Source: Escherichia phage Ge15. Taken from it: a stretch of 64,000 bases of DNA. This document shows, piece after piece, positions 58,651-64,000 of this stretch (positions are counted from its first letter, which is position 1; the number at the start of each line of letters is the position of its first letter). The position numbers and the translations under genes were made by a program. Under the pieces are notes generated by a model. The model did not search any database, was not told where the DNA came from, and worked only from the letters and a program-made list of their open reading frames with translations. Location of the stretch: the sequence record PP359696.1. One strand, 5' to 3'.

Positions 58651-59052
58651 ATGAAACAGTTGATAATTAAAAGATTGAATTTATTGATATGTTGTTTATG
58701 TATAGTAATTGCATATGGTTATTACGTAATTAATGATTATATGCATTATAAAGATTATGATGTTACTGTAGTTAATACCATTACAGGAACACAAGGAAAA
58801 GGGTCTAGTTTATCGTTTATTGCTGTATATGAACTCAAAGACGGTTATAGATTTAGTGAATATATTTCCCCAGAGATGTATTCTTCAATAGAAAAAGGTG
58901 ATAATATTACTGTAAGTTTACGTCCTTTCGACGTAAAACAGACATGGTTTGATAATATTGTTTGGTTCTTTGGAATGGCATTAGTTCAGTCTATATGTGG
59001 TACTTATATAGTTTGTTCAATCTTATTCCGCGTAATTAATAAAATTGAGTGA
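58651..59052 (+). CDS. Membrane protein (N- and C-terminal TM helices)
   Basis: 133 aa; hydrophobic segments at both ends. Confidence 0.45.
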   Translation: MKQLIIKRLNLLICCLCIVIAYGYYVINDYMHYKDYDVTVVNTITGTQGKGSSLSFIAVYELKDGYRFSEYISPEMYSSIEKGDNITVSLRPFDVKQTWFDNIVWFFGMALVQSICGTYIVCSILFRVINKIE

Positions 59053-59059
59053 GGAAAAT

Positions 59060-59947
59060 ATGTCAGTAGTAATTAATAATGTCAATGCAGTAATTAAATC
59101 TTTAGTTAATAAAAAATTGAATGAATGGACTGTACTTCGTCGTGGAGAGCCAGATAAATTTTTTCATAGATTTAACCCAACTTTGGATTTGAATGTTATT
59201 GACAGAGATGTTCATGCTGAAATTTTAGATAAATTTAAAGTTGATATTGGGTTTGGATTAGATAAACATTTACAACGAACAAACGGGTCTGGAATGGGTT
59301 TATCTAATCGCATTATGAAAGCCCTTAATAAAATTGGAGCATTGTCTCGTATTAACGCGAGTGAAATCCTTCGTAATTATAATAAAGGATATGACCTTTA
59401 CGGTCGACTAATGCCGAAATTATCATTTGACCAAATGATCGCAGATTTGTGGGAAAATCAACGACGATTATTAGCATTAGGCGCTAGATTAGCTAAAGGT
59501 CTAGATAAACAAATGATTTTTAAGACCAATAATACAGAAGACCTTAAATGCTTTAAATTTAGTATTCGCGGCGATGATTATTACGTCAGAGCTCGCTCTA
59601 CAGATTATGTTAATATGGGGCATCATCTCTGTTTAGCTTTTGAAGTTTTAAAAGAAGCCGGAACATTAGAATATGTGTCTGGTGCTAAATGCCCGATTGG
59701 TTCAAGTTGTATTTTAATTTATCGCCCGGATGAATCCAGTTTAACTAAATTGCCTACAAAACCTGTACCAGTTCGTAGTAATGAAAAATATTCCGAGCAA
59801 ATTGATTATTTTAATAAGCAAATTGAAGAGCTGAATATTTCTATTCAACAGTATGACGATGAAATTTTCAGACTATCTGGATTGAGTAGTAAAGCTAAAT
59901 CTGAGCGTGAAAAATTAATTAAAATTGTTGATTTACTTAAATCTTAA
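59060..59947 (+). CDS. Hypothetical protein with C-terminal coiled coil (array member 1)
   Basis: Start trimmed to MSVVINNV after RBS GAGG. Confidence 0.5.
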   Translation: MSVVINNVNAVIKSLVNKKLNEWTVLRRGEPDKFFHRFNPTLDLNVIDRDVHAEILDKFKVDIGFGLDKHLQRTNGSGMGLSNRIMKALNKIGALSRINASEILRNYNKGYDLYGRLMPKLSFDQMIADLWENQRRLLALGARLAKGLDKQMIFKTNNTEDLKCFKFSIRGDDYYVRARSTDYVNMGHHLCLAFEVLKEAGTLEYVSGAKCPIGSSCILIYRPDESSLTKLPTKPVPVRSNEKYSEQIDYFNKQIEELNISIQQYDDEIFRLSGLSSKAKSEREKLIKIVDLLKS

Positions 59948-59955
59948 GGAACACT

Positions 59956-60981
59956 ATGAAAACTCGTTCTCAAATTGAAGATATGGTTCGTAATGCCAGC
60001 TATACCCGTAATGTTATGACATTTTTGTGCCAAAATAATTTAGACCCTGATAAAGTTAATCGTGATATTCACTTTAAGTATATGAATAGCAGTGAATGGT
60101 TACGTCATTTTAATGAAGCAGGGTATATTACTCAAATGACTGCTCGTGAGCAGCTCACCGATTTCTGTAAAACTATTGATTATAAAAATCCTCTATTTGT
60201 TCAAGGCGTTGGTCAAAGTAAGGTCGATTTATCATCTGGATTTTTCAATCCGAATCATTATCGTATTGAATGGAGATTTATTGCTCTGTTCCGTAGACAA
60301 TTAAAGCAAATTTTGTCTACTGCTAGTCGATTAAAAGGCTCTGATATTAACTTAAAGAACCTGAAATTTGATGGTTATACTCTTCAGATGGAAGTAAGAC
60401 CATTAAAAGAAAATAATAGAACTGCACGAATTAGCTTTAAACCTAATACAAAAAATTCTCTTTCAATTTGTGAATGCCTTAAATCACAGTTGACAGAAGC
60501 ATTTAAGTATATGGATGTTGTTGCTGCTGTTCAATCTAAGATTTTACCTCGTTTTGAACGATTTAAGTTAGATACAACATCATATGAACTTGATATGATC
60601 GTTTCATTTAAATACGATTTTTTGAGAAAGGACGAAGTCCCGCAAGAGAAAAAGCAGGAAGTACAAGATAACTTAAATTTAAATTTATCCAATTACTTAT
60701 CAAACGATCCTAAATTTTGGATGTATAGTTCAGGTAATAAAGATGCATGGAAATTTAATAAAGTGAATTTTCTTCCTATTGAAAATCCGAGTCTTAAACC
60801 TGTTGAAAAATGGCATGCAGATGCAATTGAGAAGTCTATCAAGGCAGTAGATGATGAACTCGTTAAAGCAACTAATGAAGTGCTAGAAGCTGAAAAGATG
60901 TTGGAAAAAGCTCAAGAAAAAGTCAAAAATCTTACGAAGCAACGTTCTAAACTGAACAATGCACTAAATGCACTGAACTAG
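59956..60981 (+). CDS. Hypothetical protein with C-terminal coiled coil (array member 2)
   Basis: 341 aa; MKTR start; C-terminal heptad repeats. Confidence 0.5.
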   Translation: MKTRSQIEDMVRNASYTRNVMTFLCQNNLDPDKVNRDIHFKYMNSSEWLRHFNEAGYITQMTAREQLTDFCKTIDYKNPLFVQGVGQSKVDLSSGFFNPNHYRIEWRFIALFRRQLKQILSTASRLKGSDINLKNLKFDGYTLQMEVRPLKENNRTARISFKPNTKNSLSICECLKSQLTEAFKYMDVVAAVQSKILPRFERFKLDTTSYELDMIVSFKYDFLRKDEVPQEKKQEVQDNLNLNLSNYLSNDPKFWMYSSGNKDAWKFNKVNFLPIENPSLKPVEKWHADAIEKSIKAVDDELVKATNEVLEAEKMLEKAQEKVKNLTKQRSKLNNALNALN

Positions 60982-61010
60982 TTTACATTGCCACAAGGAT
61001 GTGGTATAAT
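60981..61010 (+). promoter_or_regulatory. T4-type early promoter (GTTTAC, TGGTATAAT)
   Basis: gtttacattgccacaaggatgtggtataat. Confidence 0.7.
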
Positions 61011-61038
61011 GTTCTTACTTTCTACTGAGGAGATTATT

Positions 61039-62040
61039 ATGACTCGTAACGAATATATCAAATCATTCAATAGCGTTATTGATGATAAAGCTATACCGAT
61101 GTTTGGTCAAAATATCATTCTTTCTATTATCAATCAATGGCTCAATAGTGTTGATGCAAGTATTGTTTCTTCTGCTAAATTTATTCATGAAATTCGTAAA
61201 ATTTCTAGCCGTGTAGATAAAGATGTTATCAAGAAAACTTTTAAAGAGTCTCGTCTTCTTTCATATTTGGTTAATCGGGATATTCTTGGTAATTTTGGGA
61301 AAGAAATTAAACGAACCAAAGATGTAGTAGGATATAATTGGTTCGGTGATGTTAATTCTTATCATCTTAATAATAAAGAAGACCCTGAGAATATTTTTAC
61401 TCGTCGTTGGATTAGTAATTTCAGACTTTTCAAAGGACAAATTCTAAAATCAGCTTCTAAATTATGTTATGGCGATTATCGTCAAATTCATCCTTTGGCT
61501 TCTGATATGATTATCGTAAAAGAATATGAGCTTGATGAAAATAAAGTAGCTATTTTTGTGAATTATGGATTTTTTACACCAAACGCTAACCAAAAGAATA
61601 TTAATAAATTTTTCTCAATTGCTAGCACTATAACTCGTCAGTTAGAGACTGCATTACTTTGTATGGAAACAGTAGAAAATATTCATACATATCCTTTTAA
61701 GAATATATGCGGATGGGAAGGATATAAAATTATAATTAGCCTTCGTGAAGTGAAACGTACGTACTCACCGACTGATAAAGAAATTTACCAACAAAAATGT
61801 GATGAAATTGTGAATACTCCTAAAGAAGAAACTACCCTTGAAGAACTAATGGAATGTCTTGACGATTCGCCTGAACCGATAGAAATTCGTCCAGAAGTTA
61901 TTGCACTAGAAAAAGCTTATAAAGAAGTTCTAGAAATTTCTAATAAAGCGCAGAAAGAATATGAGAAGGCTAAAAGGATTTGGGAAGAATCTGTTAATCG
62001 CCTTGATCGTTTGGAACAAGCTTTACAGTTAATTAAGTAA
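61039..62040 (+). CDS. Hypothetical protein with C-terminal coiled coil (array member 3)
   Basis: Start trimmed to MTRNEYIKSF after RBS GAGGAG. Confidence 0.5.
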   Translation: MTRNEYIKSFNSVIDDKAIPMFGQNIILSIINQWLNSVDASIVSSAKFIHEIRKISSRVDKDVIKKTFKESRLLSYLVNRDILGNFGKEIKRTKDVVGYNWFGDVNSYHLNNKEDPENIFTRRWISNFRLFKGQILKSASKLCYGDYRQIHPLASDMIIVKEYELDENKVAIFVNYGFFTPNANQKNINKFFSIASTITRQLETALLCMETVENIHTYPFKNICGWEGYKIIISLREVKRTYSPTDKEIYQQKCDEIVNTPKEETTLEELMECLDDSPEPIEIRPEVIALEKAYKEVLEISNKAQKEYEKAKRIWEESVNRLDRLEQALQLIK

Positions 62041-62092
62041 TTTAAAGCCAAGGATGGCTCGGAGTATAAATCATTAACCAAGTGAGAAGAAC

Positions 62093-63022
62093 ATGAAAAC
62101 TCGTAAACATTATATTGATTATTTTGACAGTCTTATTATTAAACACCGTAATTATCAGATCGGACACAGAGCAGTAATCAATAATATTCTTCGTGATTTC
62201 CTTCAATATGTTGGCCAGGAAAATCATATCTGTAAAGATACTCAAAACGCTTATTCTCATTCGTTGGGCAATTTGCTTCAATGGTTTAAACGTTCTCGTA
62301 TGTTATCTTCTACTGTAGCTCGCGATAACATTAAAAACTTTATGAAGCCGAGCTTTATTAAATCTGAGACATCTATAACTGATTTGGTTGAATTTACTAT
62401 TGTTAACGATGTTAAAAAGACCCATTTGGCTGATTGGTTATCTACCATTCCTGAAACTAAATTTGCTGATAAATTTGCTTGTCAATTCAATGACCAAGTG
62501 AATATGCTTTTTAAGCATGCTCGCAAACTATTTACCGCGGGCGATGACCGTACAAATACAGTTCATGTTAAGGACTGGGTTATTGCTGATGAAGTAACAC
62601 ACAAGCCAGGTGGTTCATCAGTATTAATTAATATCCAGGTTCCTTATTATTACTCACGTAATCTCGGCACCATGAACTCTAGAGAAATTAATAAGCACAA
62701 CAAAACTATTCGTTCGTTATCTTATAAACTCCGCATGATGTTAAAAATCATGGACGTAGTAGAAATGTATGACGAAACCGAAGATAATGGTTCAATGTTA
62801 TACAGTTCACGCATTTTAATTAAACTGAAGAACCCTAATACATATAAGACAGTTGTAAAAGAGCCTAAAGTAGAAAAGATTGATAACTTGAGCGAAGAAC
62901 GTGAATACCTCAAATCTCGACTAGTTGAAGTTGAAGCTCAGATTGCCGAACACACTAAATTGTTAAAAGCTCTTAATGCAAAAGCAAATGGTTTACGTAA
63001 TGCTATTGAGGTATTGAAATGA
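62093..63022 (+). CDS. Hypothetical protein with C-terminal coiled coil (array member 4)
   Basis: 309 aa; MKTRKHYIDYF start resembles members 2 and 3. Confidence 0.5.
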   Translation: MKTRKHYIDYFDSLIIKHRNYQIGHRAVINNILRDFLQYVGQENHICKDTQNAYSHSLGNLLQWFKRSRMLSSTVARDNIKNFMKPSFIKSETSITDLVEFTIVNDVKKTHLADWLSTIPETKFADKFACQFNDQVNMLFKHARKLFTAGDDRTNTVHVKDWVIADEVTHKPGGSSVLINIQVPYYYSRNLGTMNSREINKHNKTIRSLSYKLRMMLKIMDVVEMYDETEDNGSMLYSSRILIKLKNPNTYKTVVKEPKVEKIDNLSEEREYLKSRLVEVEAQIAEHTKLLKALNAKANGLRNAIEVLK

Positions 63023-63408
63023 AAAAGCGTCTATTAGAAGATATTGCAGCTTCAAGTAATTCCAGTCTAATTAAAATTATTATGGCTGGTGAAGAAGACG
63101 ATCTGGAAATGCGCGGAAAGATTCATGGTTGTGATGATTTAGATTTTAAACCTCCAGCCTGGGATGCTATTATGGTTATGGTTGAACGTCGCGAAAGGGC
63201 TTCTAAAAACGTTCCTAATTGTCCTGAATGCGGTACTGAACAAGTTCAATTGATTAACTGGCGTAAACCGGAACTTGAATATAAATGCCGTCATTGCAAA
63301 CATAAATTTAGTAAGCATGCTCCGGAAATGGTTAAATTACCTGACTCTACTGAGTTCTTTAAAGAACTTGCGAGTGTTCAACCAATGCCTAATAATATTT
63401 TGGATTAA
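63019..63408 (+). CDS. Zinc-ribbon protein
   Basis: CPECG ... CRHCKHKF four-Cys motif; ATGA-coupled start. Confidence 0.5.
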
Positions 63409-63409
63409 A

Positions 63410-63652
63410 ATGACAAAGCGTAAAGAATATATGGAGACTGCTGAAAAGGCAGTCCGTGAATTAGCAATAGCGTATTATAATGAACATGGTAAATTTCCTG
63501 ATAGATATAGCGTGCTTAAATCTGCTTTAACTCGTTCATATAAAAATATGCTATCAGAAGTAAGTGATATTATATACAAACATAAAGAACAAACAGGTCA
63601 AAGTCTTGATTACGACGAGACTTTTAAACAAGTACTAGGAATTAAGGAATAA
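63410..63652 (+). CDS. Hypothetical small protein
   Basis: Start trimmed to [10 protein letters not shown] just after the upstream stop. Confidence 0.45.
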
Positions 63653-63653
63653 T

Positions 63654-63917
63654 ATGTTTAAAGTATATGGTTATGATAGCAACATCCATAAATGTGTGTA
63701 TTGCGATAATGCAAAACGTCTCTTGACTGTGAAGAAACAGCCATTTGAATTTATCAACATTATGCCGGAAAAAGGTGTTTTTGATGATGAGAAAATCGCT
63801 GAGCTTCTGACGAAACTAGGTCGTGATACTCAAATTGGTTTGACAATGCCACAAGTATTTGCTCCTGATGGAAGTCATATTGGTGGATTTGACCAACTGC
63901 GAGAATATTTTAAATGA
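63654..63917 (+). CDS. nrdC: Glutaredoxin/thioredoxin NrdC
   Basis: 87 aa; CVYC active site; recognised as T4 NrdC. Confidence 0.93.
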   Translation: MFKVYGYDSNIHKCVYCDNAKRLLTVKKQPFEFINIMPEKGVFDDEKIAELLTKLGRDTQIGLTMPQVFAPDGSHIGGFDQLREYFK

Positions 63918-64000
63918 TGCTCGAAGGAAATGACTATATTCATGATTACCGCGGAAGCGCGGTATATGTAGGTGATGAAGTTGCAGTTTATTATGGGTAT
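63914..64000 (+). CDS. 5' end of next ORF, 3'-truncated by window end
   Basis: ATG overlapping nrdC stop (ATGA); open to window end. Confidence 0.35.
   Translation, partial: MMLEGNDYIHDYRGSAVYVGDEVAVYYGY

Overview
This window is a T4-like (Tequatrovirus-type) myovirus genome segment, identified without tools by recognising T4 protein sequences, lengths and gene order from memory. Left end (+ strand): the 3' portion of hoc, two small ORFs and RNA ligase 2 (rnlB). Positions 2.9-32.8 kb (- strand): the complete late structural module in canonical T4 order, gp24 to gp53 (head, portal, terminase, neck, tail and baseplate), with TATAAATA late promoters and GNRA/UUCG hairpin terminators in the short intergenic gaps. 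Positions 32.9-64 kb (+ strand): gp4, gp2, gp3, gp1, 57A, 57B, then a densely packed early/middle region driven by at least 14 T4-type early promoters. It contains capsid-targeting-sequence (CTS) internal-protein genes, a 10-tRNA array interrupted by a segB-like GIY-YIG homing endonuclease, nudE, lysozyme e, denV, a GrcA-like glycyl-radical protein, regB, a macro-domain protein, tk, rI and nrdC. The most interesting material is the accessory content between these conserved anchors: a Pol-beta-type nucleotidyltransferase translationally coupled to a multi-TM protein, an AAA+ ATPase, a tandem array of four related ~300-340 aa proteins with C-terminal coiled coils, several other tandem paralog families, and CTS-bearing ORFs bracketed by repeated promoter/terminator cassettes. 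No CRISPR array, rRNA or integrase was seen. Several ORF-track entries were trimmed to internal ATGs with a ribosome-binding site, and two short ORFs below the track cutoff were added. Whether individual accessory ORFs have homologs in T4 itself could not be checked.
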